A stretch of DNA of 64,000 nt, from contig OZ193909.1 in assembly GCA_964276515.1 (NCBI GenBank), positions 16,430,001-16,494,000 on the forward strand, in the 5' to 3' direction. Shown here piece by piece: positions 38,801 to 52,925 of the stretch. The notes beneath the pieces are model-generated. The model was not told the DNA's origin. It searched no databases and worked only from the letters and a program-made list of their open reading frames with translations. The position numbers were made by a program, and so were the translations under genes. The DNA is from Gordius albopunctatus. Its lineage: Eukaryota. Every line of letters begins with the position of its first letter. Position 1 is the stretch's first letter.

Positions 38801-38984
38801 ATGTTTTGATAGGGGTAGAATTGGCGGCCTGGAGTTGCACATAGGAAGGGGTCAAGGGATGGTCTCGGGAAGGCGGAATAATGGAAATCTCTGCGCCTGT
38901 GTCAATGAGGAATCGTAGGCCCGTGGATTTGTCGAAAATGTAAAATAAGCGACTAAGTTTTAGACCAAGTCCAGGCGTCGCCAT
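35865..38984 (-). CDS. pol: Gypsy Pol polyprotein (protease, RT, RNase H, integrase)
   Basis: [25 protein letters not shown] and YLDD; TDAS; HNLSHPG...[29 protein letters not shown] at the C-terminus. Confidence 0.97.
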   Translation of the reverse strand: MATPGLGLKLSRLFYIFDKSTGLRFLIDTGAEISIIPPSRDHPLTPSYVQLQAANSTPIKTYGQKLFTLDLGLRKEFRWIFTIADVKQPIIGADFLNHYHLVVDIKKKQLFDTQTTLTSAGKVTLATSINIQVGIIGTSPIKSLLQKYASIVSPSDYKAQVTHSTQHHIHTNGPPVHSKPRRLFPDKLKIARDEFTHMLELGIIRPSNSDWSSPLHMVPKKAAGDWRPCGDYRMLNSRTIPDRYPLPHLHDFALTLCNKTVFSKIDLVRAYHQIPMAPEDISKTAITTPFGLFEFLRMPFGLRNAAQTFQRFMDQVFRELDFVFVYLDDVLIASSSINEHHNHIRLVFERLKTFGIKISQDKYVWCQNEIFFLGHKITPQGLSPLQDKVEAILNFPQPTSMTQLRRFLGMINFYRRFIPMCADLLKPLTDMLDGSKKTISCTPEASTAFNNAKLALSNVVPLSHLQKDAKFSITTDASSSAVGAVLHQTTNDKTLPLAFFSQKLTKTQQRYSAFGRELLAIYLTIRHYRHFLEGHEFIIYTDHKPLTYAFSTPIDKYSPREIRQLDYISQYSTDLQYIAGKSNVVADTLSRSEINSVDFKDRPLVERLALAQMEENSTFQDLKSLKITQLPIPGSDLTVQCDMSTTSPRPLVPTSLRRVIFDNFHNLSHPGTRATLKLISRRYVWPSINMDVRKWAKSCVACQKSKIHRHIKAPLGTFAEPDARFSHIHVDLVGPLPPSNGYTHLLTIIDRFTRWPVAMPIHDTSAQTVAKALIKYWIADLGVPSSLTTDRGPQFESQLFRNLTQLLGVNHITTTAYHPQANGMIERFHRQLKSSLMAQGDTTKWDELLPLILLGIRTTIKEYLGCTPAELVYGTTLRLPGEFFTNSSTPHNASEFIKGLKQHFYHLPFKKVRTKSTNADTTSLLRECKYVFIRNDFVRKSLVPPYDGPFRVKSKHAKYFIIEKNGKADSISIERLKPAYLDTSTQPFTDTENSNPSKSRPTDKIAEPANSDPDLTKSKENPYITSRGRHVHWRYKLLH

Positions 38985-38995
38985 CCCTGGGTGGT

Positions 38996-39793
38996 CTATT
39001 CGTTTGTTGCGGGGAGGTTAAATGCGCAAGGTTGCACGCATTTGAGCGCCTTGTCTTTAAAGCGGTAATGGTACCAACAAACGAGATTTGGTTGAACATG
39101 CGAGCTAGGGTGGCGAACGGTAGAGGGGTTGCGGCGTCTCGAGTTGGAACGATCACGTGGCCTATTGATTGAGACTTTTAAATTTTGGACCTCCTGGGTG
39201 AGTTTTGCAATCATCTCCCTAAGCCGAGTCGATTCATTTTCCGTGACTACATTTACACTAGAACATGTGGAGGTGTGGTAGGTCTCTACAATTTTGTCTG
39301 CAGTTTCGGCTAATTTGGAGAGGGGCTGCTCGTCAGAAACAATTGCCAAAATACCGATCATGTTTTTTGGAAGTTTTTCTATCCAAAGTTCTTTAAGAAC
39401 TCGTTCATCCATGGAATTCGTTCCCAGAAGATTTTTCATGAAGCGCAGAAGCTGGGATGGGGTACGATCTCCTAATTCCACAGTTGTGAGAAGAGCACGA
39501 AGTCTAGCAGAATCGGATTGGCTTGTGCGGTCTATGATGGCGGCTTTAATGGTTGTATAGGGTAAAATGTCGGGCATATTTTGTAGGATGTCTTGAATTT
39601 CGACAGTTATTTCCAGTGGCAAGGCTTCTATTAAGTACCCAGCCTTGGTAGTTTCGCTTTTTATCTTTCTAACAAAGAAAAGAGCCTCTATTTGAGTGAA
39701 CCATGAGCGGGTATTTATATTGTTAAACTGTGGCAGTTTAAAATATGTGGCATTTTCGCTTTTAACCTCCATATCAGATGGTTGGGTGGACAT
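38996..39793 (-). CDS. gag: Gypsy Gag
   Basis: KLPQF...[22 protein letters not shown]-terminal CWYHYRF...KCVQPC knuckle. First ATG at 39793. Confidence 0.92.
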   Translation of the reverse strand: MSTQPSDMEVKSENATYFKLPQFNNINTRSWFTQIEALFFVRKIKSETTKAGYLIEALPLEITVEIQDILQNMPDILPYTTIKAAIIDRTSQSDSARLRALLTTVELGDRTPSQLLRFMKNLLGTNSMDERVLKELWIEKLPKNMIGILAIVSDEQPLSKLAETADKIVETYHTSTCSSVNVVTENESTRLREMIAKLTQEVQNLKVSINRPRDRSNSRRRNPSTVRHPSSHVQPNLVCWYHYRFKDKALKCVQPCAFNLPATNE

Positions 39794-39797
39794 TTTA

Positions 39798-39807
39798 GGG
39801 GTCACCA
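39798..39807 (-). promoter_or_regulatory. Primer-binding site, tRNA-Trp-like
   Basis: TGGTGACCCC, 2 nt inside the 5' LTR, is complementary to GGGGUCACCA, the 3' end of metazoan tRNA-Trp. Confidence 0.75.
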
Positions 39808-39809
39808 AA

Positions 39810-40193
39810 TGTTAAGTTTAAAGAGCTGTTAAGTTAAAAGATAATGGAAAAATGAATGAATACTTTTATTTAATAACATCGCGTTTATATACACATCTCT
39901 GCGAGGTTATTTGTGTATATAATAAGGTGAATTGCGAGACATTCAAATACTTAAATGTATTCACTTTTATGATTAGGGTGCGTGAATAATAATTTGAATA
40001 AGTCAGGCGATGATAAAGTATAAGCGAGGAGCTATTATTAGGGTGCGTGAATAATAATTTGAATAAGTCAGGCGATGATAAAGTATAAGCGAGGAGCTAT
40101 TAACCAAAGTAACGTGTTAGAATTTGCCTAGACGGGGTCAAGGGAAAGTAGCGTGCGAAAGGAGGTTTTTTAATTAAATTCGTAGCCTCTACA
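39810..40193 (-). repeat. 5' LTR of the Gypsy element
   Basis: See 3' LTR; flanked by TSD actc at 40194-40197. Confidence 0.95.
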
Positions 40194-40619
40194 ACTCAAA
40201 AGGGGAGTATAATTTTGTTTATTGTAATATTATTTATTAAATATGTAAACTTTAAAGTTAATTAAAAAATTTCTACATAAATATTTTCATGGACTTGTTT
40301 TATTAAATATGCCATTAATTTAATGCTTATTTTTTAATTGTGGTTGAAAGAATTTGAGATCGCAAAATTTCGGGCCTAACAGGCAAATTTAATATTTCGG
40401 GCCGGGCAGTTCGGACAGCTTTAATGTTTCGGGCGGGCCCGGGCGGGCAATGAAATTAAAAAATTGAACCGGGCCCGGTTCCGGCATAAAATTCCTAACA
40501 AATCTGACCTCTGCTATTTAACATGATCATGTCCAACGAAATGGACGATGTAGATACGGATTTGTACGAAATTGCTACAAATACACAAATGCAATTTAAC
40601 CTATAAATTTTATAACAAT

Positions 40620-40765
40620 GTTAGCGCCGCGCTATAACTCCAGCGCCTTATGTGACAATGTGCTCCACCTCTAGCGCCTCCAAGTGACTATGTGCTAAAG
40701 CTTTAGCGCCTCTAAGTGACTATGTGTTATAACTTTAGGGCATCCAAGCGACTATGCTATGTAGA
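40620..40765. repeat. Minisatellite, 31-32-bp unit, about 4 copies
   Basis: Units like agcgcctctaagtgactatgtgctataactct start at about 40642, 40673, 40705 and 40737. Confidence 0.8.
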
Positions 40766-40860
40766 TGGGAGGCGCTACAATCGCTGGTGCTATCCGTTTC
40801 ACCATCACTAACTGTATCGATAACTTTTTATATATTCATTCTTTAATTCCTTTGTCATTA

Positions 40861-41299
<439 letters not shown>

Positions 41300-41489
41300 C
41301 GTAAGATGTAAGGTTTAGTAAAATAAGTCTTCCTTGGATGTAAAAGGTTTCCCCTGACCTGCCGGCCCAATATATCCCCCTATTCGCTTAATTATTACAA
41401 TAAATTCCTGATTCCCCTCAATATTTAAATCGTGTTCCCGCGGACCTTTTTTAATTCCGCGCGGAACGTGATAGTCAGCATGATAATTT

Positions 41490-41870
41490 TGAAGGGCTTA
41501 TACGTATAACACATCGAATTCACGCATCGTATCCTTTAAGCGTCGCGAACGCGGAAAGCAAGTCGCCGGACGGCCTGACATATTCAAAGATGATGCGATA
41601 GGCCGACTTTACACTATTTATCCCAGTAAAGATAAATGATTTTTTTCTTATAATGCTTAATTAACGTCCGCCGCTCAACGTTTTTCGAGGAGTTAAAAGT
41701 TGTCAACAGCATTGCACATTCCACTTTCCACAGTTCATGCGAAGCATTAAAACATGATAATCATTGGGATGAATGCATTACTTCACATCCAAAACAAATT
41801 TGTGCATTGTTTGCAATCAAATTGATCTCCTACTCTATGTCACGTCCTACCAATTTATGGAATAAATCAT
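41490..41870 (+). pseudogene. Helitron RepHel remnant (region between Rep and helicase)
   Basis: SFKRR...FKDDAIGRLYTIYP...ELKVVNSIAHSTFHSSCEAL...DNHWDECI. Confidence 0.75.
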
Positions 41871-42013
41871 ATTCTGATAGAGTTATTTGCAGGTTTTTGA
41901 AATATTTTGATTAACAGTTGCGAAAATGACCGTTTTTGCCCCTTTTTGACGCTCTATAGGGCGAAATTGAATAGCTAAAAATTTATTTTTACATCTCTAA
42001 GTGGTAGAACCAA

Positions 42014-43426
42014 TAGTGTTTTGATCTCGTCTCGGTCTCGGGAGCGATTATAAAAATCTCGTCTCGGTCTAGAAAATTCTCGGTCTCGTCTAAATCACAA
42101 AATGCGAGTGACTTCTAATGATAATATTATTATTTACAGAATTGATAACTAGTTGCACATATTAAAACGTTGTAAAAGCAACAATAAAAACAAACAGCAT
42201 TATTATAGGATTAAGAACATAAAGTTTTAAACTTTTAGTTAAGTTACACGTATTTAAATTTATGACAAAAATCATTATAATCAAATTTATATTACAAATA
42301 ATTAACTTCCAATTCTAACTATCTTTGCCCATAAATAGTTATTTATCAAATACAGCATAGGTTTGTGTATTTATTTCATATTGCACAATTATAGAAATTT
42401 TTATAACCGCAACTTCTGGTTTTAAATCCTTTATTCTAATAAATCAAATTGTACAACCGGGTTATAACATTATAAATCAATAAAGAATCCGACAATGATT
42501 TTCGATATATAAATGTATGGATTGGACGATGGCCGTGGAGAAATTGCCGTGACATCCATCTGTTAGAATTAGTGCTATCTACGAGTAATTGGAGGTGTTG
42601 GGCAAGGGGGACCGTTTGGTTCTTCGTTCATGCTACCGCTGGACCAACGTGATCTAAAGATGGAAATAAAATATCCACACGACTAACGTGTAGAAAACAA
42701 ACAAATAACTGCTTCCGCAGGACTAAATAAAAAATTAAATAACTGATTAAATCATGATCAAATGCCCGCTATTCAAACCCTGTCGATGCCCTCCTCATTT
42801 GAATGAGGGATGCTTCCCGACAGTTCGATATACTGCACGTCTCCACTAACTTGAGGCCTGCCATTTGCATATTCGTTTACAGAATGTTTTACTCGCACAC
42901 CCATTACTTTAAGCCTTATTTCTCTCACTTATTTGCATAAGCGTAAAGGCATCTACAACAGAAATAACAGTAAATTTGAATGCACCTGCCAACCCAGCTC
43001 ATAATGTGAAAAGTAATACATATGACAAAACTATGGCTTCACATAATGTCTTATTAAAGTTGAAAAATTTGGGACGTTTATTATTAGCTGAAGTATAAAA
43101 ACTTGTAGAAAAATGATTTAATCTATTACGGTGTCATCCAATACTATGTTTTAGTTGTGAAATCGTTAGGCAGGCACAAATGAGGCTAGGTTGTTAAAAA
43201 ATCTCAGACAATCTTAGCTTAACTTTTATAATTATTCAAACTAATTAATCACCAATTTAAAATTATGGCATCGTGCAGGATGATACACTGCAAAATTTAA
43301 ATACGCCCTAATAAATCATGCAAATTCAAAACAATAATTTACTAAAATCTCAGGATCGATAAAAAGTCGAGATCTCGCCGAAAAAATCTCGTCTCGTCGA
43401 TTTTTCTCAGTTTTTCCGCATCACTA
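42014..43426. mobile_element. Non-autonomous hAT element with gtctcg subterminal repeats
   Basis: TAGTG...CACTA termini, TSD agaaccaa/agaaccat. Confidence 0.75.
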
Positions 43427-44324
43427 AGAACCATCTAGGGGCTAAACATTGAGAAAAGGTTTTTTTCCCTATTTTTATTACTTTTTAATTTATATCGAAA
43501 ATTCAAATAGTCCCTACCCTATGCGAAATCGCGGCATCCTTTGAGCCTCCCTCCCTCTCTATCTAATTGGGTTATATGCTTATATAACACTATACCCTTA
43601 GTGTAATTGAGTGATTAATGATGTACCAGGTTTTTGAACACCCGAACCTAAAACCGACCTGAGGTTGGACCTCGGGAAAACCTGACCTAGGTTTTGATCA
43701 TCACTAGTAGAGAGAGAGGGAGTAGAGGGCCGGGCTGGGCTTTAGGTTTCAAAAATAAAAAGGGCCGGGCTTGGACGGGCTGTTCAATTCCCTAACGGGC
43801 TCGTGCCGGGCCTAGATTAAACTAGGGCCCGCTAAAAGCCCGTTGCAAATAGTTCAGGTTTTTATTATACTAGCAATATCATGTAAAAACAAAGATGTCT
43901 TGAACTGTTTTTATTAGTTTTTAATTGATGGTTTAATTGACAATGAAAATACAATTAAATTTCGTTCTTTATTCATTCATTTACAAAAATACAGCGCAAT
44001 TCAAATTAATATGCTTCCATCAGCTATTATATACAAAAAAAATACATTAATATCATTCTAATCACAAACTTAATAGTAAGTTAATAAAATTTCAAGATTA
44101 AGATTTTGAATATATTCATTTAAAAACTTATTTATATGAATATTTGAGATTTTCACTCTATAACAAAATTTTATTTTAATAATTGTTTCATATATAGTAC
44201 ATAACATATTAGCATGTCTGAAGATTTAATAACGTCTGAAAAAAGAAGACGGAATAAATAATCTCAAAATTAAATTGAACCATAATTTGAAGAGTGAGGT
44301 GTAGAAAATAATTGATATACTGCT

Positions 44325-44450
44325 GGATCTCTCTTCTTTATCGGTTATTTGGTCCCACATTGGTGGGGTTTGTTTTGATGAGTCTCTTCCATCTTGACCG
44401 GGTTAGTGCCATGTCTTGACTAATCTCTTTAGTTTCCATAACTTTATCTG
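44325..44450 (-). mobile_element. RTE LINE 3' end
   Basis: ...DMALTRSRWKR...ccccaccaatgtgggaccaaataac...gaaga tail; the same 3' end occurs at 63040-63130. Confidence 0.6.
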
Positions 44451-46527
44451 AAAATGACAACCAAACTAATATTTGCATTTGCGAAACTTGCAAAAGTATT
44501 TATCCTACAAACCATCTGATGCAACATCCCATCTTAAATCACGATGAATATAAAGATATTAAGAAAAAGAATGAAGAGTTTAATTCACTTCGCTTTTTTC
44601 GCTTCGCGCGGCATCACGAACGCCGCCTTACTAATATTTTTTCTCTGCATTGTCCAACATTATTCATAACTTTTATACACCAGTGGTTTATAACTTTTAA
44701 ACTTTTGTCACCCAATTATATATTATCGCTATCCATCGCACTTGTTAACCTATAAAATTAAAGACTACCTCATCCTGATAGGTATTAAAAACTGTTATAA
44801 CTCTATTTAATTATGATTATATGTCTCTATTATTAAGTTGGATAATTTTTATTTATATAATAATGCATTATATTTTTTCACATCATAAAATCTCTTACAG
44901 ATGACCCAAATTCTTTTATATATGTCCTTAAATAAGTATTGGCTTAATAAGAACCAGGCCTGACGCTTGGCCGGGAACAGCTGGTATGTGATAAAAACAT
45001 TATAAGAAATCATAGTACTTTATTTAATACTAAAGAAAAAAGGAAACGAAAAAATGTTCGTAAGTTTTCCTTTATATAATCGCGGATTAATTGAATCAAT
45101 CAATTAAATTTAGTGGTGTCTCCGCGAGATATAAATAAATCAATTACATTTAGTGGTGAATCTGCGAGGTATATTCGATTGGTCAATTAGCGTCGCGAAG
45201 CTAAGGTCATGTAAATGAGTCAATTAACGTCGCGAAGTAGTAAGGTAATTGATGCAACACAAACACAACACTTTCGATAAGCTAAAATTTAAAGTTTGCG
45301 CTGCACAAAATTTATTATTTACTCCACTTGGGTGTTTAAATAATCTCGTATTGCCTCGTTTAGATTTACGGAAACTCGTATTTTCCACACTACAAATTAT
45401 TGAATTAAATAAAGACCTTGTTTCTAACATCATAGATGTGCGGTGTATCGTATACATCGCATTACATTGACGAAAACGCGTCATTATGAATAAATTTTCT
45501 AAATATCCTATCTTTTTTTTACTATGCCACTAATGTGATGCTGGGTAAAATAATTTTAGTCCCCATAAATTCGGGTCTAAAGGGCAAATATAAGATTGGC
45601 AATGATTTGAGTATGATCGGGCGGACACATAGATGAGTTTAGGGGCCCAAGGCCAGCACTTTAATTACAAAATTGGATCGGTCTGGGCAGAAAAAATCTC
45701 ACCTTTGTTTGAAATAACATTATACCATGTTTTAATAGGAATGTGAGAGATAAATGAACCTGTATTTAGACTACTATAGATACATTTTATTAATATTTAA
45801 TAGTTGTTTTGAAAGTTTTAATGTATAGCTGGGAGCTATTGTGTAATCTATAAATAATTAATATTAACAATCATTTGGTGGTGAATATATATTAATAGTA
45901 GTCATATAAATGTTTCCAATTTATATGAAATAGTTGCATTCATGAGCGTACCCGGGGGGGGCCTAATTAAAAAAAATTAATACAAAAACCCTTAAAAATT
46001 AAAAAAAAAATTATTTTTTTCCCCCCCCCCGTGCCCCTCCCCAAATCATTATTGCCACCTTTGTCTAAACTAAATCCTGGTTACATTTATTAATTGCTAT
46101 GCAATTTTACTGTTATAACTTTTGATACCTTTCTTTCCCTTTGCTTATTAATTATAATTCTTAATTATACATTTAATTTAATATCTTTGAAATAGGAAAG
46201 GTTGGTTGCGTGCCACTCTAATATATAATGGCTTGAGAAGTAGTTTAAGATTAAGTGCTTCAACTACAAAGAGTTAGTCTGGACAGGATATAATGCCAAA
46301 AATTAAGTAAGCAAGATTTTTGCAAGACTTGTTTTGCATAGGCGTTGCCGGGGGGGGGGCAGGGAGCCCTCCCCCCTAAATAGCGAGAAAAAAATATTCA
46401 ATTCAAAATGCCTTAAAAATGAAAAAAATTTCATGTTCCCCCCCCCCCCGAATTGAACTTTTGAACGTTTCGCCCCCCCCCCTAATCCAAAACCTGGCTA
46501 CGCCCATGATCCAGAATCATTAATTGG

Positions 46528-47366
46528 TAGTGCTGTAAGTGAACGCGTTCATGAACGGCGTTCTTTTATTTTTTGGTGAACTTTGAACGTGAACGCGTTC
46601 CTTTTTTGATGAACGCGTTCGAATTTAACGTTCGTTCAATTTTAAAAACCCTTTTTTGTTTTTATTTATTTTAAAATTAATGTCAATTCGAATTTTTAAC
46701 AAAAAAGTATTATATTTTTTAATCAGCTGTTTTTCCTGTTTCCTATTCATATAAAAGATCAAATTCAATAATTAAAATGAACCTATAAAGAATAAACTTT
46801 TTGTGTTATTGAAAAAAGTGATTGAAACCCCTAGAATTGATAATGAAAGAGCTGTCAATTCCGAGATATCATTTTTTGGCGAGGAAGTAGAGGGCGCATT
46901 GGAGGATGATATTTTGTCGCAATTTTTTTAAAAAGTTTTTAATAAATTTCCTCCTTTAAAAAATTTGTTTATGAAGTATAATACTCCAATCCCCTCATCT
47001 GCCCCTGTGGAGCAGGTTTTTAGTATAGCTAATGCTGTATTAACTGCCAAGCGTTCCTGCTTATCAAAGACAATTTTAAAAAACAATTATTATTAAAATT
47101 AAATAAGAAAATAGATTATATTGATTTATAATTATATTGTCGAAATAAAACTATTATTTTTTATCATGGCTATTTATTGTATTAAAAAATATAAGACATT
47201 TATTTATATTAAATTAAACTTTATAAAAATGTATCATAAAATTTTGAACGAACGTGAACGCGTTCCTTTTCTTTTTAGACGAACGTGAAAGTGAACGCGT
47301 TCGATTTTTGTCAATGAACGTTGAACGCGAACGCGTTCGATTTTTTTACAAATGTTTACAGCACTA
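46528..47366 (+). mobile_element. Non-autonomous hAT element with gaacgcgttc palindromic subterminal repeats
   Basis: TAGTGCTGTAA...TTACAGCACTA, TSD ttaattgg/ttaatttg, remnant FPPLKNLFMKYNTPIPSSAPVEQVFS. Confidence 0.85.
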
Positions 47367-47976
47367 TTAATTTGTGAACAAAATACATAAATAATTAATC
47401 ACCGACTAGTTAGTCACACAGCATATTAAAAGCATACTAAGTAGCGATAAAAGGTGGCAATTATCAATTTAATATTTATTTGCAAAATCAGGGGCGCATT
47501 GTTAAAGACCCATTAAAAATCGATATTCTGCCATGAAAGCACACTTTTGCTGCGTGCTGATCCATTTATTCAAAGCTTGACACCGTCGCGGCTTTGTCCT
47601 TGAAATTGAAATTTACTAAGGGTCTGACTTGAAATTCACTCCTATTGAAGTCTCGCTCTATTAAACGCTCATTTAAAGTATACAACCATGGGCGTAGCCA
47701 ACGGGGGGGGCGGCTGTCCCCCTCTAAATCCAAAAATTAGTTGAAATTTATTCAAATCATGGCTAAAATTTCAAAAAATTATCATTTTGCCCCTCCCTAA
47801 ATCATTAGGGCCTCCCTCTAATCTCATTCTGGCTACGCCGATGTATAAATTTTGTAAGAGACATACTTGTAAATATCTATAAATAGGGATATAAATCATT
47901 CTCAGTCTATTCTACCCCAAAATTATTATCAAATAAAAACTTTTAAAGTTATGGGAAATAATATATTACAATTCAC

Positions 47977-48179
47977 TAGAGTTGTTAAAATGCTAACTTT
48001 CTTCAAACTTCAGACGAGATCACGCTCACTGAATGGCTTAATATGCGCGTTAGCACAATATGTGCTCGCTGTTCGGTGCACTAGGTAGAGCAGTAGCATA
48101 TAAAAATGCTCGAGGGCCGAGCAGAAATTCGAGCAGATGGTAGTTGAAGTTGAAGAAAGTTAGCAATATAACAACTCTA
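47977..48179. mobile_element. ~200-bp hAT MITE, copy 4
   Basis: TIRs plus perfect TSD caattcac. Confidence 0.9.
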
Positions 48180-50008
48180 CAATTCACTGATATTCAATTT
48201 GTAACGGGGGTATTCTAAATTTTGATTAAAAGAAATAAAAAGTTTATTAAAAGATAAGGGGGAAAATAATATCCCTTAACAATTAAAACAACTGATTTTA
48301 AGTGAAAACATGCTCTTGCTTGCCCTTTCCTGACCATGCCCCTACAAATTGAGCTAGGTTTTTATCAGCAAATTTGTATTTTTTGTTAAGCATATCAAGA
48401 CAAGACTCTTTAACCAAGGAAAGTATTCCTTTCCTATCCAATATTCAGCATAGGCCATCTTATTAGTTACATCGTAAAAGAGCCCACGGGTCGCCAGGGG
48501 GAGGTGGGGAGGGGAGGGGCAGTTGCCCCCTCTAAATTCAGAAATTATTTGAAAATTACTATAATCGTGGCTAAAAATATGTAAAATTATATCATTTTGC
48601 CCTTCCTAAATCATTATGGCCTCTCCTTGATTCCAATCCTACCTCCGCCCATGAAAGAGACCATCACCTAACAAATTTGCGATTGGAATTTTAGTTAAAA
48701 ATTATACACCACGAAAATTAAATATAAGGTATTATATCTTTTTGGGAAATCATTGACATCACTTACCCCTCTATTTAATACTCGTTGAGAAACATTAGTC
48801 TTTAGTGTTGGCAAATATTTAGGCAAATCGGCTTTTATGCGAAGTTGACAAAGCATGTCCTTGTATATTGTTATAAAGATTAGAGAGATGCTTTAGCTAT
48901 TTCCTCAGATTAAGGAGATAAATGAGTTTTTGGTTACATAATTGAGCATACTACTAGCATTTAGTTAGATCAGTAATGAGAGTTAAAAGCACTTAGAAAA
49001 GTCATGATCCATTAGTTAGGTCAGAAGAGTATGTTTATAGATAAAAAATGCCTCAGCAGCTCTCTGATTTATGTTATGGCCATGACATGAATGCCTCTGT
49101 TTTAGTTTTAATATCTTGAATATTAGGTAACGTGGGGTCTGTATGATCCCAAAAGATTTGTTATTGGCTTGAATTTTTATAACAATAATCGATCTTTAAA
49201 AATTCAAAATACTTTTAAAATTAGTTAAAGGTGTATGATTTACATATGTAAGGTTATAAAAATAGCGGAAACTTAAAACATTTACTATAGGCTTAGTCAA
49301 GGGCAGGCAAATAGAGATAGCTGTCCAGTTTTAATTTTAATAATATTGGGGAAATTTTTTTAAAAATCATGTTTTTATCCCTTTCTGGCCTCCTCATCCC
49401 TTTTATTCGAATCGCCTACAATTTCTTATTCATTTTTTGAATTTATTTGAATTTGACTGCTAAATTCAAGGTTAATTAATTTATTAAATAAGTTTTTAAT
49501 TTATCGTGCGTATTTTGCAAATAAATTTATAGCGTCCTTTAGTTATTTTAATGTCATCTTGCCTAATGAGACATTTACAGTCAATGTTAGGAAAGTTTAG
49601 TTTTAAAAGAATTTAATTGCATTTTTTAATGAAAATATCTTATTTCGCACACATTTCTGGCCAATTTAATCCCAACTGCTTGTAATAAATATATAATAGA
49701 ACCAATGACATTTTTATGTATTTGGGCTTGAATGAAACCTAAGTGGTGATCTATTTTAATTTTTGACCAAATTCCCAAATGAGTATCTCAGAATCTATAA
49801 TTAGAAGACAGATAAAAAATTTAACTCAATGATATTTGAAATAATTTTCGAATTATTACATTTTTTATACCTAGTAGACGTTTATTTCCAAATAATTGTG
49901 ATGCTATTAGCTATTACTATTTAGATCTCTTATTTAAGTAATCAGGCCGCTCTCAAAGGGGCAATAAGTATAAAAGCTATATGAAATGAAATTAAATAAA
50001 GAAAATCA

Positions 50009-52110
50009 TTATAAAATAATTTTATATTTTCTTTTTCCCAGCGAAAATATTTCAAGAACTTCATCTGGAGTGGGAGCTAATTCCCGATGAATCGCTAAAA
50101 GGGCCAATCCATTTAATCTATTTTTCGACATAGTATTTCTTATATCCGTTTTAAGCCTCCTCAATGTTGAGAAACTTCTTTCATTGGTGCATGTAGTGAT
50201 AGGAAGACAAGCTAAGAGGTAAAGAAGAGTTGTGATGTTGGGTAAAGATTCCAATATTTTATAACCTGATAGGGCGTCCAAAGGATTCTTTGGACGAAAT
50301 TCTTCTGACGTCTGAGACAACGCCATATACCATATATCAAATTCAGATTTAAGGTCTTCGTTTGTCCCCTTAAGATCATTGGAATAAAAGTCCCATAGAA
50401 AGTTTATTTTCATCCGCGTTTCTGGCGAAACAATCAAAGAATTCGAAGGAAATAATATTTGGAAATTTGTCAAAACTTGTTTCTTGTCCACGAACCGTTC
50501 ATTGAGTTGTAGAATGAACATATCGAGCAAAGGTATAAAAATAGTGATTTTGTAATAATCCTCAATGGATTCAGTTAAAATATTACTTCGACAAGTTTGT
50601 TTCTTTGCATATCGAGGTTTCTTAAGGTCAAAATCATACAACTTAGCCTTAGCTTCGGCTACTAAAAAAATTCATCAACGTTGTTTCTTATTAATTTCAT
50701 TTGATTTACTAAAGCTTCGGCTAACTGTGTGACTTGCTGAAGATCTAGATCCTTTTTTTGCAATTGCTTGCATAATATGGACGTATAGCCAAAGAGTTTA
50801 TTTAGGCATAGAAGGGAAATAATATATTTACATTGTCGTAATGCAGTGAGCAAAGTTGCAGCGTTTCATATCGCAAAAGGAAAACAACAATAATAGTTGA
50901 TAGTCTTTTTGTCGAAATTTGATTCAAAAATAAAAAAAGTATATATCGGTATATATTTAATAAATTGCATTTACGCCACTGCATCAGCCTATCTACTCTA
51001 CTTCTTGTTTTTAATTTCTAGACCTAAAAATCCTTTAATCTCTCTTAGTTACGGTAATAAATCAATTATATCTTCTTATATTAATCAACATAGGTTTTAC
51101 TCGTATAATAAATAATACCTATCAACATGGGCGTAGCCAGGGGGGCAGCCCCCCCCCCCCTAATTTACGGGGAAAAATTTTTCCAATGCAGAAACTTTGA
51201 AAAATAAAAAAAAAATTTATGTTTTGCCCCCCTAAAATTGAACTTTTATAAAACCTGGATACGACCATGTTGTTTTGTAATGAATAAATGCTTAATTGCT
51301 TTTAAATCATACCTGCCTATTAAACGAACAAGTCACAATAATTTAAAAAATAAAGCTTGGTACTACGCAACCAAATAAATTTATTTATTTTTATATATTG
51401 CAACTTTTATTAATTACTATTATAAGATGTATTAAAATTCCATACTTTTTTACATATTCCGTCAACTTTTACTCTCGTCACCAGGCGCGTAGCCAAGATT
51501 TTCTCAAAGGGGGGGGGGTTTCAAAAAATTTTTATAGCATTTTTATTTCACCGGTATTATTATCTTGTACATCAGATTTAATAGGTCCAGAATCTTTATG
51601 GCCTCTTAAGGCCAATCCTTGAATCCCCAATGTCAAAATAGTATCAATGATGGGAGCTATCTTTAATCTATTTTCTTTAGTTTGCATTTTGCGCTGGGAG
51701 TCCAATTGATCAATGATACAAAGCTTTTTCCCATCTCTAATTGATTTTAGAGATATGGCTGTCTGTATTGAGTCTATGTGATATAAATTTTTTTGGTGTA
51801 AATTAAAAATTTCCGCATCATCTTTCCATCTTCTGAATGGTTCAGAAACGAGCCCCTTCAACTTTTGTTGCCCCTTTCCACCAAATTTTGGGCCAAAAAG
51901 TACACATGTTTTGCAGAACGCCCCATTTTCCTTTGGCGAATAGGCAAGCCAGCTCCATTTCTGGAACCAGGAGTGTTGAAATTTTAATTTTTTTAATGTG
52001 GTATCACGTGGAAAATTGAACAAAATGGTGGGTTGATAAATTTTATCATTTAGTGCTAGCTTATCCTCTTCAATATTTTTATTATTTACATATAAACTAA
52101 TGTCATAAGG
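50009..52110 (-). pseudogene. Disrupted hAT transposase (ZMYM1/P52rIPK-like)
   Basis: TTF-type zinc finger FQHSWFQKWSWLAYS..ENGAFCKTC, QGLALRGH, and C-terminal LPITTCTNERSFSTLRRLKT..RNTMSKNRLNGLALL. The central region is missing or replaced by MITEs, and there is a frameshift near 50660. Confidence 0.85.
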
Positions 52111-52925
52111 AAAAGGGTCGCTTGAATCTAAATTTAATTATTTAAAAAGATTTAAAATGCAAAATCAACTTTTCATAAACTTAGACTTAGAAAATATGTA
52201 TAATTATAAATACCATTTGGTTTGATTATTAAAGGTAGAATACCAGTCTCAATAGTATCTTGTGATAAATTTTGTTGGCTAACTTCTATAAGTAAAGTAT
52301 AAAATACATAAATAATATAATAAAAAAAGTCTTTAAGAAATTATAGATTAAACTAACATGATTTATTTTTATAAAGATAAAAAGTATTAAATTATTATCA
52401 ATCACTTAATAGAAACATAAAGCATTATAATTAATTATTCTTAGAATAAAAAATTACTAGCTGTGGTGTCGGATGATTTTATGCAAGGATTTGTCCCGAA
52501 ACCAAACCCCTGAACCCGAACCGGGTAAAACCCGATGTTTTACAGAACCCGAACCCAAACCCGAACCCATTTTTAAAAATAGCCTTAAAACCCGATTTTT
52601 AATTCAAAAATATACTGTGAGTTGAATATCTCAGTTTTCTCTATCATGACAATGTAACGAAAACTATACGATTTTAATTTCAATATTTTTATGTTCCCGG
52701 CATTTTTGATTCATTAATCAATACTAATTATCTCAAGAATTATTTGTAAGTATTATATATATAATTGATATATATTAGTTATGGTATGGTTTTTAATTAT
52801 AATAACAGTTTTTAAAAAGTTAATAATAACTCCATAAAAATTTGTGAATATTAAATTAAATCTACATATATGGTATGGCTTTTATTAATTATATTTTTAT
52901 CGCTTTTAAATCCAAAAATAAAAAA

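Larger units (their letters stand above)
35448..40193 (-). mobile_element. Full-length Ty3/Gypsy LTR retrotransposon (4746 bp)
   Basis: 384-bp LTRs (TG...CA) at 35448-35831 and 39810-40193, 4-bp TSD actc, PBS, intact gag and pol in PR-RT-RH-IN order. Confidence 0.97.
34951..40513 (+). mobile_element. Non-autonomous hAT element hosting the Gypsy insertion
   Basis: CAGAGACCAG...TCTGACCTCTG with perfect TSD ctatttaa (34943-34950, 40514-40521); same family as 1747-3121. Confidence 0.9.

Noticed and set aside
36574..39560. Plus-strand and alternative-frame ORFs over gag-pol
   Set aside because: Shadow ORFs of the Gypsy coding sequence.
44987..45430. Possible second solo LTR (TG...CA, internal short repeats)
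   Set aside because: No TSD found and boundaries are ambiguous.
50009..52110. Domesticated ZMYM1-like host gene
   Set aside because: The central catalytic region is missing, and there is a frameshift and MITE insertions; best read as a dead transposase.
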